A DNA stretch of 64,000 nucleotides, taken from Phoronis australis. Taxonomy: Eukaryota > Animalia > Phoronida. Below the pieces are notes generated by a model, which was given only the letters and a program-made list of their open reading frames with translations, ran no database searches and had not been told where the DNA came from. This document shows, piece after piece, positions 13,836 through 26,793 of the stretch (position 1 is its first letter; every line of letters starts with the position of its first letter). Both the position numbers and the translations under genes were made by a program. Where the stretch lies: positions 290,440-354,439 of the forward strand of contig NMRA01000465.1 in NCBI GenBank assembly GCA_002633005.1, read 5' to 3'.

Positions 13836-13973
13836 GAATCTGTATTGATGTACTCACGCCACAATATGGCAAAACGACAACCAAGTTGTGCCAACTGTAT
13901 GCAGTGCATGGGTTTTGCAACAAAAACAAGGAAATACAAAGAGAGTGCTACAATACGTGTTACTGTGAAACAT
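13836..13973 (+). CDS. Gene 1 exon E: one atypical ShKT domain
   Basis: Acceptor ttgtttagttccag, donor T|gtgagt; 138 nt, phase 1-1. Reads GICIDVLTPQYGKTTTKLCQLYAVHGFCNKNKEIQRECYNTCYCET. Confidence 0.85.
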
Positions 13974-15948
13974 GTGAGTTGGTTTTCAGACAGTATAGTT
14001 CAGATGAGCATGACAAAGACATTTGTGCTATTTATCTCCATTGGCTGCTGCAGAGAACACCACTGAAGAAAACATATGGGTTATAAGCAAAATCCCCAGC
14101 CTATTTTCACAGATATAGAGAATCCTTGCCGAGGGATTTTGACGAAATTTCCAAGAAGTTTTGGCAATGTCATTAAGCCTAGACAAGTATAGCATTTTTC
14201 TCACATGAACCGTGAAAACGACCATTTTTGCCGAAAAACGACTTGTCTTAAACTTTCAACTACACGACGCCACTTTTGTAATAGTTTTATTGATAGTTTT
14301 ATTTTAAACTTAACAATTGTAAATACGCATTCAGCTTTCGTAACAATATATAAGTTAGAATCTAATAAATGGTCTTCGAGGTTGTAATATTAAAGCTTAG
14401 CACATGTTTACAAATAACAGTCAGCAGGATTCCCCGCGCGTGAGTACTAAATTGACCTTGAGACAGCACAGCTAGGCAGTCTCTCCGCGGTTCTTGAGTT
14501 GGGGGTTCGTCTCGGTTTGAATGAAGGTGGATATGGAATTCGCCGCCGAAGATGGGTCCGTTTAAGAAGTGTTTGCATGTCCTTCCGACTGCTAGTATGT
14601 ACAGTTTCGGAATTCCGGCATTGTTTGGTTACCGCGCGTTTGATTGTTTTAGTGTTTTGCAGACGATAAAATATATGGAGTATGGATTTCTTAGCACTAC
14701 TTTGTGATTCGCCCATGTAATATCAAAAACATACGTACTCGGTGTCATTAACCAGTCGTGTCGTAACACATTCCAGGTCATTTGAGAAAACATGATACAT
14801 GTACTTGTATCCATGTTAAGTGAACAGCAGTATCAAGACGGTGAAATTTTTAAAACGCAGGCTTTCAACCTGTACTTTCAAGGTCATCAGGGTTAACTTG
14901 GTAATCGCTCAATAAACTAAAAGTTCGCAAGTTCAAAGCCACACAAGTCGGACAAAATATTCGGGCGTTTTAAAAAGGTCGTGCGTCCGAACGTTCACAG
15001 TTGGAGTAACAGTAAATGATTGTAAGCTCGCATGTTCGCAATGTCGACAAAACGTAGTGTGTCCGTTACTCAAAATAAACGTGAACGTCCAGAAATCTGA
15101 ATTCCTAAGTCTGAAGGCTCGTTTCTCCGAAAACTAGTAGCGCAAAGCCGTCCACAACGGAAAAGCAAAACATATTGATGTACAACGACAATTTAAACCT
15201 CTCAATCATTGCTATAATTGAAATTCATTTCCAAAGAAATCTGTTTCAAACATGACAAGCCCACATGAATTCCAAATCAATGCGTTCAAAAGCGCAGTCC
15301 AGAGCTTTGTTTCCGACGTTAATAAGCTCATACGAGGCTGATCTGAAAAAAAAGAAAACTAACGCCTCGTCAGCTCTTCCTGAGCTAAGAAGTCACGTAT
15401 GATTATTTGGGTACGGGAACAAGACCAAGTTTATAATGGTAATTGTCCTAAATCAAAATTTATACAAAAAGCACGGGTTTAATGGTTTAAAACGTACTCA
15501 GTATTAACAGTCTTGAACCGGAAAACAAGTTCAGCATGGAAACCGACCGAAACACAAAATAAATTTCAAAATCGTTTGAAAATCGCTATGTAACGCGCAC
15601 CTTAGCGCGTAAAATTCGAACGTGTATTAAAAAATTGCGCGAACAAAGCATTTGGCACATTATTTTATTCACTTGCTTCCTGTTCTTTGCCATGCACACA
15701 TCTTTCATAAAATAGGTATATAACAGTCAAATTGTTAGTACCCCGTTCTAAGTTTATGTTTATTCTGCATCTCGTTCATTACTACGCGTTTATTTTCAAC
15801 TGACAAACCTACATTCAATTTCGCAAATGGACATAATGTTTTACTTACAATAGTCCTGGAGAAGGAGCAAACACACAACGACTCTGTCCATATCTTCCAC
15901 TCCCCAAACCGTAATTTCCGTCTTCAGTTATCAAATTTAAAATCCCCC

Positions 15949-17603
15949 TTATTATGCACCCACATGTTTATATGCGAACGTCATCTCCGTCCGTCCGTCC
16001 GTCCGTCCGTCAGTCCGTCCGTCCGTCCGTCCGTCCGGCGTCCGCTGCTCTATCGCCAAAACGCCTTGACGCATGTTCATGAAATTTTGCACATGTGTTC
16101 CTTTCGTGGATGGAACGGAATGAGCGAACTTTAGGACGGATCTAACTACCGGTGTGCCCCCTAGTGGCAATTTTAGTTTTTTACGTTTACCTCTGTATCT
16201 TTAAAAGTCCTGAAGGAATTTTTGTAAAATTTGGTATATAGGCGCATATTAGTGAGATGACACTGTCCTGCCGTTTTCGGATTCAACGTAGTTTGCGCAA
16301 CGTGGTGGCCATTTATACTGTTTTCGAGTCTGTTTTTGCGTCCACCCCTCTATCAACCAAACCGCTCAAAGTATGATTGTGAAAGTTGGCATGTATGTTC
16401 TTGCTACGAAATGGATGATTTTCCGACGATTTCGACTACTGTGGCGCCTCCTAGTGGGAGCTATGTTTTTGCGCCTATGGCTGTATCTCCTAAACCGTTC
16501 GAAGATTCTTTACTAAATTAATTAAGTGTAGTTATATGATGTTGACAACAGACGATGACGACTTTCGTACGGATCTGAAGACTGGTGTGCCACCTAGTGG
16601 CAATTCTATTATTTACGTTTACCTCTATATTCAAAGGTCCTCAACGTATTTTCATAAACTTTGGCAAACAGGCATCTGTTAATGAGGTGACGCTAGCTCT
16701 CCGTTTTCAGATGGATTCGACCTATTTTGCGCCACCTATTGGCCATTTTTACTGTTTTCGAGTCTGGTTTTTGGCGTCCACTAATCTATCAACCAAATCG
16801 CTTTCAGGATAATTGTTAAAATTGGCATGTATTTCTTTACTAGAAAGTGGACAGCTGACGATGATTTTCCGACGAGTTCGACTACTGTGGCGCCTCCTAG
16901 TGGCAGTTTGTTTTTTTGCGCTCATAGCTGTATCTCCTAAATCGTTTGCAGGATCTTTACTTTATTTAGCATGTGTATTTATATGATTTTGACAAAGCAC
17001 GTCGACGACTTTCGGACGGATCTGGCATAAAGTTTTGAATATAGGCATCTATTGGTGAGATGACGCTACCGTACTGTTTTGGATGGAATCGAGATATTTG
17101 CGCCACCTAGTGGCCATTTTTGCTGTTTCAAAATCTTGTTTTTGGCGTCCACCCCTCGATCACTCAAATCATTCTAGGGATGGTTTTGAAAACTGGCGTA
17201 TATGTTTTCAGTGTTAAGAGGACGTTTGATGTTGGCGACTGTCTACTGTGGCGCCTCGTAGTGTTAGTTTTGTTGTTCGCCCATAGTTGTATATCTAAAA
17301 GCCACTGCCGGATCTTTATTAAATTTAGTAAGTGAATTTATATGAAGATGACAGACGACGACTGTCAGGCGGATCGAACGGACGCTCTGCACACAAGTGG
17401 CAATTTCATTTTGTTCTGTTTTCCTTTTTTCACTGAAGTTACTTGACAGATTTTTATGAATTATGGCAAGTTCCCGTTTTTGGATGGATTGTACGTTTTT
17501 GCGCCATCTACTGGCCATATTTATGATACAAATAAATAACCCTAAAAGCACACCTTTTGCGATGCATTCGTGGGCGCATTTCAACGCTCCGCGTTGCTCT
17601 TGT
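15949..17603 (+). mobile_element. Non-autonomous Helentron-type element (HINE/DINE-1-like) with internal ~145 bp tandem array
   Basis: 5' ttattATGCACCCAC, then (CCGT)n at about 15988-16036 and internal tandem units. 3' end has the subterminal inverted repeat GTGGGCGCAT (17570-17579), hairpin caacgc-tcc-gcgttg and terminal ctcttgt. Confidence 0.75.
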
Positions 17604-18419
17604 ATAGACCGATTTGAGGAGCCCAAATTGGCCTTGCAGACCAACATTACCGACATACAATTTGTGATTGATACTCCTTGCAACAGTCTTTATCCTCCAG
17701 TGCATTGGTTGCAACAAGTGTTGACTCCCTGGCTCCACTTTTGACGCTGCAAAATATTGTTTTTCCCGCTAGCCGGTGACCTCCTCGCCTCAAACACTCG
17801 TTTTTGCGATATCTTTACAACTAACTAGGCTTTAGGACTGCCAACTGTAAAATTGGTTCCTACAGTAACTTAAGAGCATCGCTCTGAGTCCACTCACTAA
17901 TGCCATAAATTGCCAAATGTAACGAACTGTCAGACGTATTGGCTTGCTTTTGTCTACGTCACTGAGAGAATCACCTTTTAATTCGAACAACTACGAATAA
18001 CACCTTCATGCAATGGTGCTCTATTGAGACCCCTTTTGTTGTTTGTGCTCGGTGACGCAATATGGCACGAAAAGGCTACAGTTTCATCTATTATTTGACG
18101 GCTTATATTTGTGTGATTGAACTCGCGTTTTCTTATTTTATTAAGAATTTGCTAGGACTATCTGATTAGCTCAATACTTCTAAAACAACAAGATTCCGTT
18201 GAAGTTAGACTTTAATCGGAATGGCTGATGTTTGAAACCGCAATTGTTTAGTTTACATCAAAGGTCAAAGGTCAGTTTGTCCATACGACGGGAATGTGCT
18301 ACGTCTATGTTTTGACATCAACAGAAATTCAAAGTCTTTAAGAACAAACCGCAAAAATATCCGGTGACAAGACTGAATTCTGTTTCAGTGGCGGAGAACC
18401 ACTTCGAATATTACAACTT

Positions 18420-20600
18420 TTTTATTATTTAATACATTTATTACAAAATACAGGAACATATACAAATATACACAGCACAACACAACACACAACAACGTAC
18501 AGAACTGTGCAAAAAACGAGAAAGCATTTCATTGTTACTTCAAAATTAGAAAGCACTACGTACACTTCTGTTCTGGCATCTGTTCAACACTCTGGCTCCC
18601 TTCATGTTTCAAAAACACACTTCCAATCTTCCCATTTGCTTGTATCATTAAATTTCCGTGTGTTTAACGAAGCACTAACTTCTACATTAAAACACACCCT
18701 CAAAAATTTTTTAAGACATCTTAAATTAGGTTTGACGTTTGCAAATTTCATTTTAAAAATGAAAATTTTAGTTTGTAAAAGGAACCAATTCAAAATTTTA
18801 TTATGTTCATTTTGAAGACCAAATATAATGGTGGTTTTGTCTATTTCAAAATTTACTTGCATTGCAGTCATTAACCAGAGACGTACCCCTTGCCAGAAGG
18901 AATTAACATACTCACATTCAAAGAATAAATGCTCTAGAGTTTCGGGAAAGTATCTACAAAAAGTACAAGGATTTGAATTCCACATATCTAATCTCATTTA
19001 AAAAATAATTAGTAGGCGGAATTCTATGCAGTAAGCGGAACTGAAAGTAAGCTTTTATCATTCGTACATTCATGTGGAAGTTTGTAATAGAAATTCCACA
19101 TCTTCTATGATAGTGAAAATCACAATACTTCGAATTTCTTTTGTGCCTATAGTATTGCCATTTTTGCACAGAATATGGTAAGAATCCCTACATCCCTTTT
19201 TCGTCAAAATAATATTTTTAGAGAAAAAGGTACAAATGGTCCATATAACTTTTTTAGAATTAAGTTTTTGGAAAACGTAATCAAATATTTTTTATTGCAC
19301 TAACAATTGAATTGTATTCGAGCAAGCTGACATTAATCTGATGAATCGTCTGGAAACTTTCAAAGGTGTATAAGTTATCATTCCAGTCTAAAAATCATTT
19401 ACAAGTATTATACATTTTTCAACGAATGACTCATACAAGGGCTGTATTCCACCGTAATATTACTGTTGGCCCACACATTAATTGATACCGCATCTTCGTG
19501 ACCTGAAATAGTTTGTTTGTGAACTAAAAGGCTCCAATACTGTATAGTAATAGTTACTGTTATCCGATCTAGTTAACCTATAGTCCCCACAGCTCAGCAT
19601 TCTATCTCTGGTAAGCCCGATAACTTTTGCAACACATACGTGCAAGGAGATGCTGTTCAAATGAATCTTCTAATCCATGAAATTTTTAAAGACATAATGA
19701 ATTTTCTGACTTCAATCATCTTTAATCCACCATCTTCTATGGATTTATTGAGTACCCCTCTTTTTATTTTATCAGGTTTTCCGCCCCAAATGAATTTAAA
19801 GAACAAAGTTTCAATATTGCCAAAAGTAGTATCATTGGAACTTGGGAGTAACTTTAGCAGATGTATAATTTTTGGAGCACAAGTGTTTTTAATACTGTGA
19901 CCTTTCCAAAGATAGTCAGCTTTCTACCAGACCATATATTAATCAGATTCACCATTCCCTTATTTTTGCATCAAAGTTATCTTTGGACATAATTTCCAAG
20001 TTCACACTGAAATTAATATCCAGAAGCTCAAAATCAACGTCACCCCATATTAGTTTCCAACGCGTGCAGTGAAACAGTTCTTGAGAGAATTTTCTACGTC
20101 TAATGTGAAAGTTGTGTCATCTGCGTATTGTGTTATAACGTAGTCTTCGTTGTCAATTTTAATACCTTTCGCTTCAATATCATGTTTAATCAATATGGAC
20201 AAAATTTCAACACACAGTATAAAAATATAAGGGGAGAGAGGATCACCTTGTCTACATCCACGTTCCATTACGAAGTTGTCTGACAGAAATCATTTTGTAT
20301 GACACGAGCAATTGGTTTAGTATAAAATGTTCTGATACATCGAATAATATTAGCTTTGAAATTACCCAGGAAACACTGTCAAAAGCCTTTTCAAAGTCTA
20401 CCAACACAAGTAGTCGTGGAATGTTGTGTTTGTCTGTATAACTCGTAATATCATGAATTAGTCTCGTGTTCTCAGCCATAAATCTTTCTTTAATAAATCC
20501 AGTTTGGGTATTTGCAATCAGTTTGTTTATATCTACGCATCCCGAAGCTAGTTTATATACACCATTCTATAAAGTTATTGGTCGCCAGTTTTTCAGAAAC
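18420..20600 (-). mobile_element. 5'-truncated L1/Tx1-type LINE (RT and C-terminal zinc-binding region), pseudogenised
   Basis: KNWRPITL, QTGFIKER, LVDFEKAFDSVSW, GCRQGDPLSPYIFIL, QYADDTT, FQFRLLHRI, CTFC...ETLEHLFFEC. Confidence 0.9.
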
Positions 20601-21069
20601 TGTTTCGGCTCTTCTGGTTTTGGAATATACTGTATGTAATAATCCCAGTCCGTTGAGTTGTAAATATTACAACTGTTTTTCGCGTTCCAGGTCAGTCTTT
20701 AACCTAACTCGATTCTGTAACCTTTTATTTACAGCGAATTGGCTAATGGCATACAAGATCACTACATCTATACCGAGACTACTAAGAACAAGTATAAATT
20801 CTAGACAAAAAGGCATTGTTACCCGCCAATAATGTTAATACGAGGCATGGCAAGAGCCAATACAAGTTACATAGGTTATACTTTACGGGGATGTATTAGA
20901 GTCAGGCACATTTCAAACGCTAATGGCGATCGTGACAACAAATATGAGAACGGTCATGATCACGTTTTCTTTTGCGCCTTTATTCTCGTTACCATTAGGC
21001 GTGCTTTCCTTTGCTACAAGTGGCACATTCCCAATAAAAGATATTAAATGTAATTCCTGATTTTTCCAG

Positions 21070-21192
21070 GCTTCAACACTTTCTCAGACGGCTATTGCGA
21101 TGAAGCAGCTATCTTAGGACTGTGCTCTACACCAGAATCAAACAAACTGTACTGTGCAAAAAGTTGTCGCTATTGTCTGAAAACGAAAAAAG
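21070..21192 (+). CDS. Gene 1 exon F: one ShKT domain (first Cys codon split T|GC)
   Basis: Acceptor ctgatttttccag, donor AAG|gtggta (alternative in-frame donor 3 nt later); 123 nt, phase 1-1. Reads (C)FNTFSDGYCDEAAILGLCSTPESNKLYCAKSCRYCLKTKK. Not in the ORF track. Confidence 0.88.
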
Positions 21193-21469
21193 GTGGTATT
21201 TTAACGTTTGTCTTTGTTTATTTTGGTCTAGAAATGTCTTTGAGGTGGCTCGATAACCATTTCTCAGACTTGTTTGGTCAAGCATTCGACACAGCGTACG
21301 CGCTGAATAGAATTCCCAATATTCGTTTTTTATTAAATGTAATAATATTTACTACACACAAATGAGAAGCAATCAATCGTACCCACATTCATACGCACAT
21401 ACACACTTGTGGTGCGGGTAATTTACAACTGAAAATAAACTGCCTCAAAATAAAAGTACCATAACATGT

Positions 21470-21605
21470 TCTGCGCAGCACTGAAACAGTGCGGGTCGAT
21501 AGCCCCCAGCCCCCCTTTGGTGCATTGCCCATATACCATGGGCAGCGCAGCAATGAAAAAAGTTGGGACTATAGCCCCCCAGCCTTCTATGGTGCGCCGC
21601 CCATG
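21470..21605. repeat. Small MITE-like duplication
   Basis: Two copies of gcgcagca.tgaaa...atagcccccagcc; inverted termini catgggc...gcccatg. Confidence 0.45.
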
Positions 21606-21899
21606 CATAGGGGCCTACCTGTTATCAACATCCTCCAATTTTAGATTATTGTAAAACAAGCGTTTTTAATTTTTGAAATCCTCAATGTCTTCCCTTTTAA
21701 ACGGACAATCGTCGCACAAATAAAAAAGTTCATATTCATTCAGCGTTTCGTCTATTTATAAGACATCATCAGGATAATATAAACAATAAGACAGCAAGTG
21801 TCAAGTCAAATCCATGTAGTGAAATGAGAGTAGCAATGTAAGATAAGTCATCAGCGTACATACGCATAATTTGTGCTATTACATATGTGTAGACCTCAG

Positions 21900-22095
21900 A
21901 TCACAGTACATTCTCAATATATTTTGCACATGTTCTATAAAACACATCTCCAAAAAGTAAAAAGTTACATGTTCTCAGGGGATCACGCTGCAACAACAAA
22001 TATTTCCAAAATTCATAACCATTTAATAATCTTCTAAACCAAGATAAGCTCAGTGATTTCAAAAAATATTCAATATGGAACCCAGAAATCACTTC
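21900..22095 (-). mobile_element. Short L1/Tx1 ORF2 fragment
   Basis: IEYFLKSLSLSWFRRLL...FWK resembles the post-RT region of Tx1-type ORF2. Confidence 0.5.
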
Positions 22096-22848
22096 TCACC
22101 TGAAGAAGAAACAAGTTGAGGCCAATTCAATTGCTGTGTAAACCCACTTCTTTGACACAATGGGTGTTCGTAGCGTCAGCGACGGACTTCTCTCTTATAC
22201 CTGTTGTCTTTCATGTTTGTCGTTATTGAAAGCCGTGTGGTCGCAAGTGTTACAAACTTAACGTCTCACCATTGTCAAATTGTCTTAAAAAACGTGAAAA
22301 TGCTGAGCAAGTCTCAATAACTTGACACAGCCAATGGAAAGTCAATGCACGCATTGTACTTGGTAGTTCATCCTACTAAAGCAGTTTTCAAACTTAACTT
22401 GACAGATTTCGACAAAAGTGTGCCAGAATGTCAAACTTCGACATAATTCTTGACAAATCTTTTGGCAGTTCGGGTGAATGAGTTGGATTTATTTGATTAG
22501 AATAAGCACTGTTTGCGATTTATGGACTATCTGGTTTACAAGCCAACTGGTGCCTGGAAATGTAGTTTTACGTCTTCTGTCTTGATCGATTAACTTCACA
22601 ATCTTTAGTAACGTGCCAATATCTGAAACTACAGATATAATCCCCTCACCAATGCAGTCTGAACACTCAATCTTAAAGGAGAATGCCACCCGAAATAATT
22701 AGTTTTTTTTGCCGTCTTAATCGGTCAATATCCACATCGCCATGCACACGGTCGACCTTACCTGGCCGAGTGGTGTCGCGTTAACCTGTGCGGAAGGTGA
22801 AAACCGACGCAGCGACGTCAGTGGTTCATTTGCAGAGTTAATTCCGCT

Positions 22849-23058
22849 ATGTTGCGGTGCTTCGTTCCCGCTTGTCTGAAGTATGCAGCTGCGAGGAAGG
22901 CGGGTAAATCATTTTCTCGACTTCCTCGAGAGTTCGAAATGCTTAGGAAGTGGCTCGCGGTAGTGAAGAATGAAAAGTACGCTGTAAATGGCAAGTATGA
23001 GGCCGTGAAACATCTCCGTGTCTGTGGCCTACATGAGTCGTCGCTGGACAGTGCCTGA
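22849..23058 (+). pseudogene. THAP zinc-finger remnant, probably DNA-transposon derived
   Basis: MLRCFVPAC...FSRLP....RKWL..VKN....RVCGLH gives the C2CH THAP signature; truncated after the His. Similar to the THAP at 32383. Confidence 0.75.
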
Positions 23059-24004
23059 CGAATGCCGGCTTACCAAACAACTATCCATCAGATCCGTTCT
23101 CTGAGCTTTTTTACGGCGCCTCTCTAGTTTTTTTCATCACTGTATTGCTTTTCGAACTGATAGCCTGTGAAACGTAACGATCCACCTGCGAAGTCTTAGT
23201 CGGGATGAGCTCTGGTCTAAGTCGGGATTGCGATTTGCCATGTTGATGTTTATTACTGAGTGTTCTGTTTCAAAATGAATTATTCTCACCCTTACCAATA
23301 CTTTTATAAAACTGAAACAAAGTCTGTCTCATTAGATGCAATTTGTAATGCCTTTGGAGTGTTCGTGAGTGCAAATGATTTGAGAAGCCAGCAATGAATA
23401 AATCACTGCGTTACCGGCTTTAGTTCAGTGCAATAAAACTAATTGACGGGACACCGAGGCCGTGTGAGCTCATGCTAATTCAGTGTTTGCTGACTGAAAC
23501 TGTTGTGAAACGACTCGATTTCTATCCCACGGCCAGGTGTTAGGGGAATCTTTAGTTACATTTACATTACTCATATAATGATTGTCAATATACAACTTCT
23601 TCCCCGACGGTTCTGTGGCCAAAGCGGAACCTGAATTCGCGGTCCCCGACGATTCGGTAGATTTGCAGTTTCCAGGCTAATTCACCAACTTTATCACGTG
23701 CACTTCACTTCTTTGGCTCACTAGTATAGTATTTTCTTGACTGGAAGTTTAGTTTCCAACTTTGGCTGGTTTATGTTGGTGACGTCTGATCGGCTTCCAA
23801 GCCACTGGCCAGGATACCAAGCGTTTTGTGGGTTTAGAACTAAAACAATCACAAGTCTAAACAACACAGATTTAGAGAATAGGTTCGTCATTGGTCTCTA
23901 GAAGCATTGTATATAAAATGTTCACCAACTTAAAGACGTGGTTGGTTGCGATCTCTTAGTTTCTCCAATGTAAGTGTGGTTGGGATCCTGGTCACATTCC
24001 AGGA

Positions 24005-24375
24005 TCCAAACCACACCTACATTGGAGAATCCAAGAGACCGTTCCTTACCAGATTCAAAGAACATCTGAAACTAGACAGACCAACAGCCGTGGGAGAACA
24101 TATTTTGGCGACTGGGCACAACATCTCTCTTGCGTCATCCAGGATTCTAGCCAAGGAACAAAATTGGCATACTCGTTAATTCAAAAAGGCCATAAACATC
24201 AACAATCAGCGCCCCCTCTTGAACCGAGAGAGAGGACTCCACCTACCCCCCCGTGTACTCCAGCATTCTTAACGAGCGTAAGGCGGGAAATCCTTCATTC
24301 ATCGACAAAGACCTGGCGGACCAGGTCGAAACGTCTGCCAACAACCAACCACGTCTCTAAGTAAGTGAAAATTTC
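24005..24375 (+). mobile_element. Penelope-like element 3' fragment (GIY-YIG endonuclease)
   Basis: YIGESKRPFLTRFKEH...TAVGEHILATGH...RILAKEQNW; followed by a hammerhead-like stem at 24301-24336. Confidence 0.85.
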
Positions 24376-25432
24376 ATATACAACACAGATCTAGGTTCTT
24401 CTGTTTGTATCTCATGGAAAAATCCTTCGAATTTATCTCCAGACAGACCCCAAACTCCTGCCACGGACCATTGGCCTTCCCAACTTTGTAGGATACGGGG
24501 TGTCCAAACGCCTATAAATCCGTAACAGCGAAATAAAACAACACGTTTTTATAAGAACTCGGTGTATTTTTAAGGGTTTTACATCCAAGTGTTTGATGAT
24601 TTATTGATGTTAAGCGATAAATTCAAGCAATAAGCTGACACCAGTAGCCCGTGTTGAGACCTGCTGAACAGACTGCGTGTGAAACCAATTACGTCACTGG
24701 ATAATTTCAACACCTCTGTCTGCCTTCAGGTGTCAGGTAACGCAACCGTACGTGCCGTTATGGAGTAGAAGTACTCGATCTAAATTAAAGCAAATTAGGT
24801 TGTTTTTTGGGTGACATGCTCCTTTAAATTTGAACCACATTCTGTCGCTGAAGATGGCCTTTGTGGAATCAACTAACATTCAAGGAGTTTCCTTGCGATT
24901 TGGTTCATGATTTTGACATTGTTTCTTCAGAATTTATTAACTGCCAGAGCTAAATGATCTTTGCCAATATTAAACGTTGAGACATAAAATACTATACAGT
25001 CTGCGTAGACAAATGTTCACATCGAACTAAATTTAAAAAGTATATCGTTCAAAAATTTTCAACTTCAAAACGCTTACATTCAATATGTAACTTCTGTTCT
25101 GTTTGCGTTGTAATAAACTTTTATTACTTCTGGTTGCAGAGGTCACTCAAGCCACGTTCACAGCCGGTAAGTATAATTACGGAGTCACTCGGCATCTGGC
25201 TCTGCTGTAGGACCATTAAAAAGAGTTTCGTGAACACTTTCACCTTGTCAATTTTATTTTGATTGTTTAAAAAACCCTCAACCCCCACATTCCTCAACCC
25301 ATGACCCCATGGACCCACCACTTACATTATCGAAAGCCAGGTTCGGCTCATACAGGTTGTCGACTCACCTTCGGCTTCGCTGGGTCTGTACAATAAACAT
25401 CCTGCAGTGGGCTTAGGACTTACACATATAGG

Positions 25433-26793
25433 CAAAACTACCACTACGAGGCGCCACAGTAGTCATTCACCAACATCAAACATCACCTTCACACTGAGAA
25501 CATAAACGCTAATTTTTAAAAGCATCCCTAGAATGATTTGGTTGATAGAGGGGTGGACGCCAAAAACAAGATTCGAAAACGGCGAAAAATGGCCACCAGG
25601 TGGCACAAAGTGCCTCAATTGCATCCAAAAACAGGAGGATAGCGTCACCACACCAATTGATGCCCATATTTAAAATTTTATGAAAGTCTGTTGAGGACCA
25701 TTGAACATACAGAGTTAAACGTAAAAAAATAAAATTGCCTCTAGGGAGCACACCAGAAGTCAGATCCATCCAAAAGTCGTCGTCGTTCGTTGTCAACAAC
25801 ATATAAATACACTTACTAAATTAAGTGAAGATCCTGCAAACGGTTTAAGAGATATAGTCATGAGCGCAAAAATATAGAACTGCCACTAGGATGCGACACA
25901 GTAGTGGAAGTCGTCAGAAAATCATCGTCAGCCGTCCAATTCATAGTAAAAAGATATATGCCAATTTTCACAATCATCCTGAAAGCAGTTTGGTTGGCGC
26001 CAAAAAAAAGACTCGAAAACAGTAGAAATGGCCACTAGGTGGCGCAAAATAGGTCGAATCCATCAGAAAATGGAGAGATACCTCATTATAAGAAGCCTGT
26101 ATGCCTTTGAAGATACAGAGGTAAACGGAAAAACGTAAAAATATAATTGCCAGTAGGTGGGACACCAGTAGTCAGACCTTCCGAAAGTCGTTGTAGTCCG
26201 TTGTTAACACAATATGAATACACTTTCTAAATTTAGTAAAGATCCTGCTAACGGTTTAGGAGATACAGGCATAAGTGCAAAAAACTGCCTCTAATAGGCG
26301 CCACAGTAGTCGAATTCGTCGGAAAATCATCACCAGCCGTCAACTTTATACTTAGTAAGAACGTACATCCCAATTTTCACAATCATTCTTTGAGCGGTTT
26401 GGTTGAAAGAGGGGTGGGCGCAAAAAAGAAACTCGAAAACAGTAAAAATGGCCACTAGGTGGCGCAAACTACGTCGCATCCATCCGAAAACGAGAGGATA
26501 GCGTCATCTCATTAACAGGTGCCTACCTACTGAATTTTATGAAAATCCGTTAAGGACTTTTGAAGGTACAGAAGTAATCGAAAAAAAAATTCCATTAGGG
26601 GGCACACTGGTTGTCGGATCCATACGAAAGTTCGCTCATGCCGTTCCATCTACGGAACAAACACATGTACAAAATTTCATGAACATACATCAAGGGGTTT
26701 TGGAGATAGAGTAGCGGACGCCGGACTCCGTACGTACGGACGGAGATGACGGTATAGTGTGTCCACATATAAATAATATGTGGGCGCATAACA
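25433..26793 (-). mobile_element. Second HINE-type copy, inverted relative to 15949-17603, 3' truncated
   Basis: Reverse complement begins ttATGCGCCCACatatt...atatgtgg and gtcatctccgtccg, then the same tandem units colinear with the first copy. Confidence 0.8.
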
